The notes under the pieces are model-generated. The model did not search any database. It was not told the DNA's origin and was given only the letters and a program-made list of their open reading frames with translations. Source: an uncultured Lentisphaerota bacterium (lineage in GTDB: Bacteria; Verrucomicrobiota; Kiritimatiellia; RFP12; UBA1067). Taken from it: a stretch of DNA of 64,000 nt. The stretch spans positions 1,659 through 65,658 of the forward strand of contig CAMKJU010000006.1 of NCBI GenBank assembly GCA_946413265.1, in the 5' to 3' direction. This document shows positions 16,638-26,413 of the stretch, in pieces. The translations under genes and the position numbers were made by a program. The stretch's first letter is position 1, and each line of letters opens with the position of its first letter.

Positions 16638-18476
16638 TCAGCATCCGCCGCCGCACGATCCAGCGAGCTTCAACGCCCATGTGGCGACATTCCGTATCAC
16701 CGCAGTGCCATAAGGCACGCCGTTGACGACTGCACCGCTCACATTCACCCTTAGTTTCCTGGGTCTAGTGCCGTCCGTGACGTAGATGCTGAACGATCCC
16801 TTGAACGTGCCGTTCTTCTGGACGAACGTCACGTTGAGGTCGGAAATGCCCTTGGTGCCCGCCCACTTCCTACCGTTGGAAATCACGGCGTCATCCACCG
16901 GCGAAACCACGACCTGCTTCCCACCGACTCCTGCCGCCGAACTGAAGCCCTCAAGCTGAAGATACATCGTTTCGGGAACTACGCCCGCGCCGGAATTTAC
17001 TGAAAAGATCGCGTCTGGCGACCAGACACCTGCGGATTTCGTCGTCTTCCACCCTGAGACGCCCTTCACCGCGGAAAGTTTCCAGTTGTCGAACTCAAGC
17101 AACATCGAAAAGACCCTGTTCTTGCCGATGACGGGCACCAGCACCTTGCCGTTCTCGCCGAACAGAGCCTGTGCGGAAACCATGACCTTGCTGCCGTCGC
17201 CGAGGTAGCCAGTCACCTTGACCTTGCCCTTCGTGACCGTTGCGACGGAAAACGCCGAATACCCGCTTCCACCATCTCCGGCATTTGCCAGTGCAAAAGT
17301 CCAAAAGTTCTTCTGGAATGTCGCGGCGCGGGCTGTTGCGGCGGCGTCCTTCGCCCTGAATGGATTCCGAGCACCCTGCACCGTATATGTGGCCGTACCG
17401 TCATTGTAGGAGCCGACCAGGCCATCCGTGCCGATCGTAACGGAGGCGGTGACTTGCGAACCAGTTTTCGACAGCAAGATCCTTTCGCCTTCCGTCCCGT
17501 CGGTGACGCCCGTCAAGGTAGTCGCGCGTCCGCCGGAGATCTGGATGCGGCCCGTCACCTTAATCGCTCCCGTACGCGCCTTGCGAGCGGTCTTGAACGT
17601 TGCAACGCCCATGGGAACGCCACTGGCGTCCGTCAGCACCGAATCGTACGTCTGCGCGGCGGCACCCTCGACCCCACCCACGCCGGGCTTGACAAAAAGG
17701 TCACTGCTGCCGCCAGTCCTAATCGCCTCTATTTCGTCTATTACGTAGCTCAGTCCAACGGCGGGATCGGTTCTCATGCTGTAACTAAAACGCCCGGCCT
17801 CATTGCCCTCGGAATCTATTACGATGATCGTGGGATATCCCACACGGCGGTAGACAGTAGTCGGGTTAGCCGCATAGACGGCAAGGTTCGTCGTCATGCC
17901 GTCAGCGGAAATCTCCACGAGGATGTTGTTGTTCGTGGTGGTGGCTGAGCCCTCGGAGTGCATGAGATTCTGAAATTCAAAGCGCTTGACATACTCGTCT
18001 GCAATCTGCTGCGGCGTCCAGTCGCCAATGCCGTTCGCCGCCCGGTACGCGGGATCCCAAAGCCAAGTCCACATCGTATGGCCGTCCCGGTACGGAAAAT
18101 CAAGTGCCGCAAGATAGTACCCGCGCTCGGCCACATACTGCTTGAAGGCGTTCTTTTGAAGGACGTTTGCCTCAAGCGACTGGCAGTGCGGACACCACCA
18201 CATGCCGGCGAAAAGCAGAAGCGTATACTTGCCCTCCGCCTTTGCCTTCGCAAGGGCTCCTTCGTAGTTGAACGTCCACTCTCCGGGATTGACCGCGCTC
18301 CACTTCGGCACCAATGCGGAAGGACCAAAGTTGTATGGAGTGCCGGGCTTGAAGTCTGGAGCCCAGTCTGCTTTGACAGTCATAGCGCAGGCAAGCATGA
18401 TTGCGAAGACGTTTGCCGCAATACTGCAAGATGGCACTTTCCCTGACCACGTACTTGAAAACGATTTTTCTTCCAT
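16638..18476 (-). CDS. Exported thioredoxin-fold protein (WCPHC) with beta-rich C-terminal region
   Basis: Motifs GEWTFNYEGALAKAK, WWCPHC, ALDFP and GYPTIIVID; ends SCGGGC. Confidence 0.8.
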   Translation of the reverse strand: MEEKSFSSTWSGKVPSCSIAANVFAIMLACAMTVKADWAPDFKPGTPYNFGPSALVPKWSAVNPGEWTFNYEGALAKAKAEGKYTLLLFAGMWWCPHCQSLEANVLQKNAFKQYVAERGYYLAALDFPYRDGHTMWTWLWDPAYRAANGIGDWTPQQIADEYVKRFEFQNLMHSEGSATTTNNNILVEISADGMTTNLAVYAANPTTVYRRVGYPTIIVIDSEGNEAGRFSYSMRTDPAVGLSYVIDEIEAIRTGGSSDLFVKPGVGGVEGAAAQTYDSVLTDASGVPMGVATFKTARKARTGAIKVTGRIQISGGRATTLTGVTDGTEGERILLSKTGSQVTASVTIGTDGLVGSYNDGTATYTVQGARNPFRAKDAAATARAATFQKNFWTFALANAGDGGSGYSAFSVATVTKGKVKVTGYLGDGSKVMVSAQALFGENGKVLVPVIGKNRVFSMLLEFDNWKLSAVKGVSGWKTTKSAGVWSPDAIFSVNSGAGVVPETMYLQLEGFSSAAGVGGKQVVVSPVDDAVISNGRKWAGTKGISDLNVTFVQKNGTFKGSFSIYVTDGTRPRKLRVNVSGAVVNGVPYGTAVIRNVATWALKLAGSCGGGC

Positions 18477-18591
18477 AGCGAATACGCCTCTTTCTTACCT
18501 ATTAAGGGTTGCGAGATAGTATACCACAAAATTCATCGTCTGCTGCATTGAAAACACCTGTCATTTGCAATTGGGATTTTCTATACCCCCG

Positions 18592-20376
18592 TCAAAGCGA
18601 CAACACCAGCCCCACCCAACCAGGCAGATACGCCTCTGCGCCCTCCGTCACCAATACTCCGCCGTCAGAAGAGTCAATGCGCCCGTATACATCCACGTAG
18701 CGAGCGGCGAACTCGCCAACCACCATTGCGAACTTGCACGATCTGCGCAGGCTTTCAGGCACGGCGTCTAGCGGCATGGCGGGGGAAAGGAAGATCAATT
18801 CCGCCGCCCTCGGCGCCTTGCCCTCTTTCCAGAGCTTCAAGTATTCATCGCAAAGCCTGCCGGCCACCGCTAGTCTCCTGACGCGGGGCGGAAGGTCTGA
18901 AAGTTTCTGTACATACCCTAGCGGCTTCGCCCCTGGGTGCGCAGAATAGAAGTACCTTATTTCCTTTGGCGCAAAAAGCCATCCAATCGAGTACCTGTCG
19001 TCGGCAATCCAGACATCAGGATTGCGCGATCCCACCAAGACCCTTCCGCCATCGGCCTTTATCGGCAGCACGGCAAGACGCGAAGGCTCGCGTCCGGCCC
19101 AGTAGAACGCCACGCAGACAGCCAGCGAGACAACTGCGGCGGACACTAGAGGCACAATGTACTTCTTCGGCATCTTCCATGGCCGCGATGCTGCGAACGG
19201 CCATAACGACGCGACGGGTATGATCCACAGCGACCAGACGTGTATAAGCGGGTTGAACACCGCCGCCAATGCCACAGCAGAGAATTGGGCCAACGGCAGC
19301 GGCGAGCCGCCGACGACGGAAAAGCGAAACAAAGCAAACAGCGCGCCAAACCAGATTAGCCCCCAGAGAAAACGGCCTACCCACCCGACCTCCGTCATGT
19401 AGGTGAGATGGTCGCTGTCAAGCGTAGGGGTGATATAATTACTGGAAAGCGGCTGATACCAGTCGCTGTACGCGCGCCCAGCCCGCGTCCCGCCCCACCC
19501 GCCTGGCGAATCGACCATCATGCGCGGCACGAACGGCCACATTTCAGAACGTTCCACGGCGACTAAAGAGAGTTTCTTCGAAAACCTTCCACCAAAGTCC
19601 ACGCCGACGAAGAAAGCCACTGCGGCGGCAATCATTAGCATGGAAACTAGCGCAGCCCTTATTTTCCCGCCACGCCTGAAAAATCTAAATCCAAGCATCA
19701 ATAGCGATCCAAGTGCCAAGCCGAGAGCTGCGCCGCGCCCGCCGGTCTTCACAAGGAAGTACGATGCCGAAACGAAAGCCACAGCACCCGCCACAACGAT
19801 GATAGCCGCAACTATCTTATTTCCGCGGCCAAACAGGAAGGCAAAAAGGCCTAGCAACGCCAACTCAGCGAGAAGCAGCGCTGCATGGTTTGGATTTACG
19901 TAAAACAGCCGAAGACGATTTCCGGTAAATTTTTCCACGACGGATTCGCGGGCGTCCTCCTCTGCACCCTCCCACATCGTCGGGATTTGCCCAGGAATCA
20001 CCGGTTCATCGTCAAACTTCACATTCAGCCGCTTACCCTGCGATGAAACCATCGAAAACGGCCTTCCCTTGCGGAACGTGTAGCTCGCCGATGATCCAGG
20101 CTCGCGAACGGTCATGTCGCCTGTCGGCTCCCTCACCACGCTCCATCCACCGGGGCCAACGATAGTTCCATCGCGCCAGTGCCTGCGAAACTCCACCATT
20201 CCCGTTCCAGGTACGTAAAGCCGGAAGAAGTTTGCGCCGTCCATAGGCGCAAAGTACATCTGCATGAACCTCTCGGCCTCGGACTGCGCACCGACTCCCG
20301 CACCGCCATCTGCGATGGCTGCAGGAACTGCCACGAACGTGGCAACGAGACAGACAAGAAACGCGAACTTTTTCAT
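18592..20376 (-). CDS. O-antigen ligase / O-oligosaccharyltransferase-like membrane protein
   Basis: Start MKKFAFLV at 20376 (ATGA overlap). Wzy_C-type motifs NPNHAA, TGGRGA, RSEMW and HLTYMTEVGWVG. Confidence 0.7.
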   Translation of the reverse strand: MKKFAFLVCLVATFVAVPAAIADGGAGVGAQSEAERFMQMYFAPMDGANFFRLYVPGTGMVEFRRHWRDGTIVGPGGWSVVREPTGDMTVREPGSSASYTFRKGRPFSMVSSQGKRLNVKFDDEPVIPGQIPTMWEGAEEDARESVVEKFTGNRLRLFYVNPNHAALLLAELALLGLFAFLFGRGNKIVAAIIVVAGAVAFVSASYFLVKTGGRGAALGLALGSLLMLGFRFFRRGGKIRAALVSMLMIAAAVAFFVGVDFGGRFSKKLSLVAVERSEMWPFVPRMMVDSPGGWGGTRAGRAYSDWYQPLSSNYITPTLDSDHLTYMTEVGWVGRFLWGLIWFGALFALFRFSVVGGSPLPLAQFSAVALAAVFNPLIHVWSLWIIPVASLWPFAASRPWKMPKKYIVPLVSAAVVSLAVCVAFYWAGREPSRLAVLPIKADGGRVLVGSRNPDVWIADDRYSIGWLFAPKEIRYFYSAHPGAKPLGYVQKLSDLPPRVRRLAVAGRLCDEYLKLWKEGKAPRAAELIFLSPAMPLDAVPESLRRSCKFAMVVGEFAARYVDVYGRIDSSDGGVLVTEGAEAYLPGWVGLVLSL

Positions 20377-20783
20377 TCGCTTCCGATTCCAAACTTGCCG
20401 GCCACAGGAATCTTGACGTCGGCTGGCATGACAATCTTCCATGTACCGTCGTCATTCGACATAAAGCCAAGGCCCGGATATTCCATCGAAAGGTTCGTCA
20501 TGGCCACGGCAATCGGCTCCAGAAGCTCTGACGGTTTCATGTCCTTGCTACCCACCGTTATTGCACAATCATTGGCATTAGTCGTCACCTCAAATTTCAC
20601 GGCAGGATTGTCAAGCCCATCAAACCCGGCGCACGCACGCACGATCGCAACGGCAAATTCAGCCTTGCGCTCCAGTGGCGCATCGCCCAGCGCGACGAGC
20701 TTTGGCTGCGAATCGCCGCAGCCTGTAAGGATGGTCAGGGCCGCAATGCCGGACACCAAGGTAAAAACACGCATCGCCTTCAT
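20373..20783 (-). CDS. Putative lipoprotein
   Basis: Lipobox LTGC after a hydrophobic stretch; translationally coupled to both neighbours. Confidence 0.7.
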   Translation of the reverse strand: MKAMRVFTLVSGIAALTILTGCGDSQPKLVALGDAPLERKAEFAVAIVRACAGFDGLDNPAVKFEVTTNANDCAITVGSKDMKPSELLEPIAVAMTNLSMEYPGLGFMSNDDGTWKIVMPADVKIPVAGKFGIGSE

Positions 20784-22369
20784 TTTGCGCCTCCATTTGC
20801 GCTCTTCTCATATCGGCCGCCCTGAACCGTGCATTCGCGGATGGACGTCGGATATTCGGCATCGCCCCAAATAGCCTTCGTCCCTCCGTACGGCACAATG
20901 GTGCCCTGGCCGCCGTAAATCTTCAGTACGGCCGACACGTAATTCTTCGCGGCGGATTTGAACAACGGAACAACACAGGAATTTTCCGCGTCAAGCATCG
21001 CAAACGCAGTGCCAGTTACCTTCTTGCCGTTTGGAAGCGTCCCACCCCAGTTGACCCTGCCAGCAGAAGTAATTTTCTTGACGTAAATAGTCCCTACGCC
21101 AGAATCTTCCGCCATGCTTACGGTATACGCGCCGACGAATGCGTCTGCGTACCCGCCGGTGCCGACCTTCACTCCATCCGGCGAAGCGATCGGTGAACCC
21201 AGCGCAGAATCCGACAAAACGGCCTTCAGCCGACCATCGCTCGCGAGTTCAAGGTAAAGCGTGCGGCCTCCCGATGTGAGCGTCGCAAACGCCCTCCCTC
21301 CTTCAATGTCCGTCCATGCCCCGGAAAACGTTGCCCTGCCGCGTTGCAGACTGGAATACTTTGCCCTCACCCTGTTGCGGGCGGTGGCGGCAAATTCAAG
21401 CGTCCCGACGGCACTTCCCGACGACAAGAGCGGCACCGTGGCCTTGAGGGCGCTGCCTAACATCGCGCAGCCTCCCTGCGACACATCGTTTGCCGCCGCC
21501 ACGTTGAACGAGAATGTTATGTCGGGGCCTGCGTACAGTACGCCATTGAGCTTCTGCTGAAGCGAAACGACGTAAGAGTACACTCCGGCTTTGCGGGCCG
21601 TTCCCGAAAGCGACACAAGGTTGTCCTTGCACGTGAGCTTCACCCCAGGCGGAAGGCTGCCCGATGTCTTTTTCATCACAACTTTTGAGCCGACCTTGAC
21701 ATTGTACACGGTCTGTGGAGACAACTCCTTTGCCGCGTTCAAGCCCACGAACAGCTTCAAGTCGTATGCGAGCTTTGTGGTCACGGGATCCGAATACAGC
21801 ATCTCGGCGTGCGCCGAGATATCAGGAACCGATGTGAAATCGTATTCGCCTACAACCGATTCAATCGAGCCAATCAACTGCGCGGCAAGCGACCCGCTCT
21901 TCACGAGCATCTCCCCGTCGCGCCCGTTGAACGTCCTGTAAAGTTCACTGTCCCTTTGAGGCGCGTAGCCGTAGCGGTTCCAGTAGACCGCCATATACGG
22001 GAACCCGGCCGCCTCAGACGGTTTGGAAAAACCCGAGGCGTCACCCTTGGAGTTGTTCGTCGTGAAGACCATCAACATCCCGTGCGTGCGCTGCCATGCA
22101 AGGAACTCGTCCGAAAGGCAGGCCGTCTGCAGCAGTTCGCACTTGCCGCATGACAACCCTCCGTAGAAAACAAGCAGCGGGACGTTGTATGCGTTCGCGG
22201 CCGCAAGCGCGCCGCTGAAGTTGGAGTTCCATTCACCCAGCCTGAGGGCTCCATCTGAGACCGGCATAAGCACCGCCGCGCGCGACAGCTCTCCGTTCGC
22301 CGATACGGCTACGGAGAGCGCGGCCGCCATGGCCGCTCCAAGACAGTTCTTCCTGAAACTCCAGTTCAT
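20780..22369 (-). CDS. Exported thioredoxin-fold protein (CGKC) with Ig-like (He_PIG-like) segment
   Basis: Signal peptide; GEWNSNFSGALAAA, SCGKC and GFPY; SGSLPPGVKL...LSGT Ig-like motif. Confidence 0.75.
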   Translation of the reverse strand: MNWSFRKNCLGAAMAAALSVAVSANGELSRAAVLMPVSDGALRLGEWNSNFSGALAAANAYNVPLLVFYGGLSCGKCELLQTACLSDEFLAWQRTHGMLMVFTTNNSKGDASGFSKPSEAAGFPYMAVYWNRYGYAPQRDSELYRTFNGRDGEMLVKSGSLAAQLIGSIESVVGEYDFTSVPDISAHAEMLYSDPVTTKLAYDLKLFVGLNAAKELSPQTVYNVKVGSKVVMKKTSGSLPPGVKLTCKDNLVSLSGTARKAGVYSYVVSLQQKLNGVLYAGPDITFSFNVAAANDVSQGGCAMLGSALKATVPLLSSGSAVGTLEFAATARNRVRAKYSSLQRGRATFSGAWTDIEGGRAFATLTSGGRTLYLELASDGRLKAVLSDSALGSPIASPDGVKVGTGGYADAFVGAYTVSMAEDSGVGTIYVKKITSAGRVNWGGTLPNGKKVTGTAFAMLDAENSCVVPLFKSAAKNYVSAVLKIYGGQGTIVPYGGTKAIWGDAEYPTSIRECTVQGGRYEKSANGGAK

Positions 22370-22381
22370 CTGCACCCACGC

Positions 22382-23905
22382 CTACTTGATCGTGAACGTG
22401 AACTTCTCGTCGCCCTGACGGCCGCCGCCGATGGCGTTGGGCGCGTAGCCCGTGCTGTAGATGACGCCAGACGACTTGTACGTCTTGCCGTTCAGCTTGT
22501 ATGTGGCGGCGACCTGGCCCTTGGAGGCCGTACACCTTATGCGGGCGTTGTAGTCGTTTGCGCCGGCGGCGATCTTGCGCTCGCTGGCGGTGACGGGAAC
22601 GCTGATATATCCCGCGCCGACAGTGCCGAACGTCTTTCCGTTCATGCCCGCGATCAGGCCCTTGTTCCAGAACGAGCCTTCAACGGCGTCAAAGGTCTGC
22701 GAGCCATACGAGACGCTGCCGCCAAGCGTGCCGTCGGCAAAAAGCGCACACCCCACGTTCACGCCGGCGCGCGTGCTTCCGTGCGCGAAGCGCACATTCC
22801 CGCGCCCCGCCCAGCGCGGAACGTATGCGCTGACAAACGCCGCCGGGAACACCGCGCTCTCGCAGTTGCCGGAAATCTTCGTGGTGTTCGAGATCTTCCC
22901 GTTGAACGCGATCCTGCCCGTAGTACCGACCGTGGCCGTGGCCCAGCCGCCCTGCGTGGGGGACGCCGACGAGTAGAAGCCGACGTTCCAGGCACCCTTC
23001 CATGTAGCATCGGCCTTGTCTGCGACCTTGCCATAGACCCTGCGCCCGGAATGCGTGCCGGACCAAATGCCCGTGCTGGTATCGTATGTGAGGTTCAGCG
23101 CCGACGACCCCGTAGAAAGAACCCCGTCCGACTTCACTACGGAACCCCTCAGCGTCGTCGCAACGCCGCCTTCCTGGATCTTGGCAGTCCACCTGCCGCG
23201 CGCCGCAACCCGCAGCTGCGCGGATGCCACGATTTCATCGCTGCCGTTGAAGAAGAAGAGCGCGTACTTTCCCCTTGGAACCTCCGTAGACGACACCACT
23301 GCGCCGGACTGCGTGGAAGACGACGTAGTTTCCGTCGTGGTTGCGCTTGCCGCAGGCGCTACCGCCGTGGGCACCCATCCCGAGGAGGTCGGCGCGATCT
23401 CGGCGATCGATGCCGAAAGATACTGGTAGAGCGCGGGGCCACTAGAACTGACCGGACGTGTTTCATACGACCACCCAGCGTAGCGCTTTCCATCCGGCTT
23501 GATGAGGATTACCTGTGGATAGCCGCTATCGCCCATCTCGTACTTCAAGAAGTAATTTCGAAAGTAAGTCTCAGAAACGTTGCCGTAGGCGGACTCCGAC
23601 GGCCACTTGTTCAGGAGGACCATGTAGAACTTGTAGCTCGCCACGATGTTGGCAAAGTTGTCAGTGTTGAGCGTATTCCTGATGAACTGCATGCAGTGCT
23701 GGCATCCATCGCCAGTGCTACTGTCGTTGATCATGACAAGCAGAATCGGAAGCCCCGTCGTTTTTGCGGCCGCAAGCACGCCTTCCATGTTGCGAGTCCA
23801 CTGGTTGGGTTCCGTTCCTGTACCCACCGTAGGCAGAACTGCCGCCGTGGCGCTGGCGGCGTACAAGACGGCGGCTGCCACAATGCTCTTGACTATTGAT
23901 TTCAT
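22382..23905 (-). CDS. Exported thioredoxin-fold protein (CQHC)
   Basis: Signal peptide; NQWTRNMEGVLAAAK, GCQHC and GYPQVILIKPDG; Ser/Thr linker then a beta-rich C-terminus. Confidence 0.78.
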   Translation of the reverse strand: MKSIVKSIVAAAVLYAASATAAVLPTVGTGTEPNQWTRNMEGVLAAAKTTGLPILLVMINDSSTGDGCQHCMQFIRNTLNTDNFANIVASYKFYMVLLNKWPSESAYGNVSETYFRNYFLKYEMGDSGYPQVILIKPDGKRYAGWSYETRPVSSSGPALYQYLSASIAEIAPTSSGWVPTAVAPAASATTTETTSSSTQSGAVVSSTEVPRGKYALFFFNGSDEIVASAQLRVAARGRWTAKIQEGGVATTLRGSVVKSDGVLSTGSSALNLTYDTSTGIWSGTHSGRRVYGKVADKADATWKGAWNVGFYSSASPTQGGWATATVGTTGRIAFNGKISNTTKISGNCESAVFPAAFVSAYVPRWAGRGNVRFAHGSTRAGVNVGCALFADGTLGGSVSYGSQTFDAVEGSFWNKGLIAGMNGKTFGTVGAGYISVPVTASERKIAAGANDYNARIRCTASKGQVAATYKLNGKTYKSSGVIYSTGYAPNAIGGGRQGDEKFTFTIK

Positions 23906-23959
23906 TTTTTACCTTTCTTTCACTGAATTTCGACGGGAACCAGACCTTCCAGCACCCAC

Positions 23960-25159
23960 CTACTTTACTCTCTTTACAAGCCTACGTCTCTTACCCGGTC
24001 CCGACGAATCCCACAGCGGAACCTTGCTGTTGATCTTGACTTTGGCGACAAGCTCCTGAAATGTCGCCTTCGTCAAAGCCTTCATCTTGATCGACTCGAT
24101 GTACCCCTGCGCCTGCTTGGGCGAGAACTCAGGATCCAGAAGATCCTTCTCAACCACGATTTCCGCCATCTCCACTGTTGGCCCGTTGTCCTCTTCCGCA
24201 GCATTGCGCTTCAGCAGCCGAACGATATACCATGCCTTCGGCGTATCGATAACACCGCTCACCTCTCCATCCTTGAGACCGACTAGCGCTGACCACACCT
24301 GCGTGGGCAAGTCGTCCTCCGCCACACGGGCAGGACGCTCATCCGCCTCGTCCATAACGACGCCGCGCGTGGAGGAACTCTCGCTGTCGCTCCACAGCTC
24401 CGCCGCCTCGCCAAATTCCATCCCCCCCTTCAACTTGACGAGCATCTCCGACATGAAAGCCCGCCTCTGCAAATTGGTCGCTGTAGTCGCGAGATTGGCG
24501 GAATGCCTGATGCCAATCATCTTCGCAATCTCCCTCTCGTCCGTCTTGCAAAGGGAAACCATCTCCTTTTCCTTGTACGCGAGCCAGTACAGGGCATTCG
24601 TGAGATTATGCTCGTAAAACGACTCCCCGCCGTCCATCAAGGCCTGAAGCGACTTCCCAGTATCGCCCATCTGGGCATATCCCTCTCTAGCCTTTGCACG
24701 GTATTCCTCAAATTTTTCGGGGGCAACCGTGAGGCCAATCCGTTTCGCCTCAACGGCGAATACGGCGTGTTCCATGTAGTCCTTCAGAAGCTTGCGCAAC
24801 CGCATATTGTAGGCAATCTTCTTTACTGCGGCATTCCCCTCCATCTGCATGTCAGGACGGTCGATGCCAGAACAGAGAACCTCGACGTGCCGCCGCAGAA
24901 GTCCCCATTTCAGCGAATCCCAGCCCTCTATTTCCACAAGCACGTCATCGTCCTTAAGTTTGGACAAAATGCTCTCCGTACTTGTTTCCGCAGCCGCCGG
25001 CTTCTTTCCCGTCATTGAGTAGACATTCCTGCCGACCTGACGCGCATTGTCGAAAGCCCTGGAAATGCCGCTTTGCGGTTTCGGCGCAACCGTCTGCGCA
25101 CAAACCGAAAAGGACAACAGCAATAGCACCGATAGTGTATGTGGTTTGAAGTTGGACAT
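23960..25159 (-). CDS. SurA/PrsA-like parvulin peptidyl-prolyl isomerase chaperone
   Basis: Signal peptide from MSNFKPH (25159); motifs FGEAAELWSDSESSSTRG and GEVSGVIDTPKAWYIVRL. Confidence 0.75.
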   Translation of the reverse strand: MSNFKPHTLSVLLLLSFSVCAQTVAPKPQSGISRAFDNARQVGRNVYSMTGKKPAAAETSTESILSKLKDDDVLVEIEGWDSLKWGLLRRHVEVLCSGIDRPDMQMEGNAAVKKIAYNMRLRKLLKDYMEHAVFAVEAKRIGLTVAPEKFEEYRAKAREGYAQMGDTGKSLQALMDGGESFYEHNLTNALYWLAYKEKEMVSLCKTDEREIAKMIGIRHSANLATTATNLQRRAFMSEMLVKLKGGMEFGEAAELWSDSESSSTRGVVMDEADERPARVAEDDLPTQVWSALVGLKDGEVSGVIDTPKAWYIVRLLKRNAAEEDNGPTVEMAEIVVEKDLLDPEFSPKQAQGYIESIKMKALTKATFQELVAKVKINSKVPLWDSSGPGKRRRLVKRVK

Positions 25160-25269
25160 CTTGGAAATCGCCTTATTCGGTAAAGAAAACGGGTGGCATA
25201 GAGATTGTTCTCTACCCACCCGTCCTGCACGTATCAAGCGTGCATCCTTTCAGATTTTCTCAAATCTGA

Positions 25270-26055
25270 TTACTCAATCTCGAAGGAGGTACCCGCGAGA
25301 CCCTGAGCGCCGCTGACCGTCTTGACCTTGCTCTGGTAAGCAGCCTTCCAGGTGCCGCCGAAGATATCCACGGCGTCGCACTCGCAACGGAAGCAGTCTT
25401 CCGGACCGACGCAAGGATACCAGCCGACGAACCAGCCAGCATACTTCTTCGGGGTGTAGACCGGATCGCAACCCTTCGTCTCGCTGCAGTAGCCGCTCTT
25501 GCCGTCCTTGGTGACCTTCATGTCGACCTTGCCGAACGAAGACGCCCAGAACGCGAAGGGATCGCCGTCTTCAAAGTCAACTTCGCCAGACCAAGCCTCA
25601 GAATCTTCCGGAGCCATCACGAAGAGTGCGGACTCGAGGCAGACGCTCTTGCCAGGCTTGATCGCGGTCAGATAGTTCTGAGAAGCCGCGAGCTTCTTGC
25701 CAAAGAGCGACCAGACCTTGACGTCAACAGGCGTACCGACCTGGAACGTCTTCTTGCCGACCTTGACCGTGGCGAAGAAGTAGCCCGTGTCGTAGCAGCA
25801 CGCGCCCGTATCAGTGCAGACCGTACCCTCGAGGGCGAGAGCGCCCTTCTTGATCTTGAGGGAAGCAACGGTCTTGTACTCGCCCTTGTCCGTGACAGCC
25901 TTACCAGAACCCGTCACCTTGAAGACGATGGTGTCGCAATCCGTAGGAGCAAGCGAACCGCCTCCGCAGTCAACGCACGCTCCAGGCAGAAGCGACGCAG
26001 CGTTTCCGACAACCGTCATCGCCGCAGCAGCGGCAAATGTCATCAGTTTCTTCAT
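25270..26055 (-). CDS. Secreted cysteine-rich protein (261 aa, 13 Cys); candidate major surface protein
   Basis: Start MKKLMTFAAAAAM at 26055 after AAAGGAAA. Strongly biased codons (AAG, TTC, GGC, GCT). Motifs CVDC, CC and CFRCEC. Confidence 0.8.
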   Translation of the reverse strand: MKKLMTFAAAAAMTVVGNAASLLPGACVDCGGGSLAPTDCDTIVFKVTGSGKAVTDKGEYKTVASLKIKKGALALEGTVCTDTGACCYDTGYFFATVKVGKKTFQVGTPVDVKVWSLFGKKLAASQNYLTAIKPGKSVCLESALFVMAPEDSEAWSGEVDFEDGDPFAFWASSFGKVDMKVTKDGKSGYCSETKGCDPVYTPKKYAGWFVGWYPCVGPEDCFRCECDAVDIFGGTWKAAYQSKVKTVSGAQGLAGTSFEIE

Positions 26056-26353
26056 TGTTGTTTTTTCCTTTTTGCCTTTTCTTTCAGTTCGTCGGTTTTC
26101 CGACTCGCCTCCACCGGAGCTACCCGGTTGACCCGTTTGATTCGGTGGTATCGCACCGACCCACTTTATTGCACCCGCGTGGACACGGTCGGCACACATG
26201 TTATGCCATTCAGCAGATTGGAACGGTTTGAGTTTCGCGCTCCGCACTACCCACTTCCTTAAAATAGATTGCGGGTCAACTTTCATTGAGCCCGGTTATT
26301 CCTAGGCCCGGACACAATGTCCAAAGCCCGCCCTATTTCGTGAAAGCGCGGGT

Positions 26354-26382
26354 ATTGTATCAAAACTTGCTCCCGCACGCAA
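26354..26382 (-). promoter_or_regulatory. Sigma70-type promoter of the Cys-rich protein operon
   Basis: Minus strand TTGCGT-N17-TACAAT with extended TG, which implies a leader of about 290 nt. Confidence 0.6.
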
Positions 26383-26413
26383 GGGGAAAATGAAAAAAAT
26401 TTCATACACATAA

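Noticed and set aside
16600-16660. Selenocysteine read-through at GGC-TGA of the 612-aa thioredoxin
   Set aside because: The Gly-Cys-UGA ending recalls TrxR, but I see no convincing SECIS hairpin downstream, and the sequence runs into the next gene's RBS.
26056-26286. 77-aa N-terminal extension of the Cys-rich protein
   Set aside because: The signal peptide and RBS start at 26055. The upstream part looks like a structured leader.
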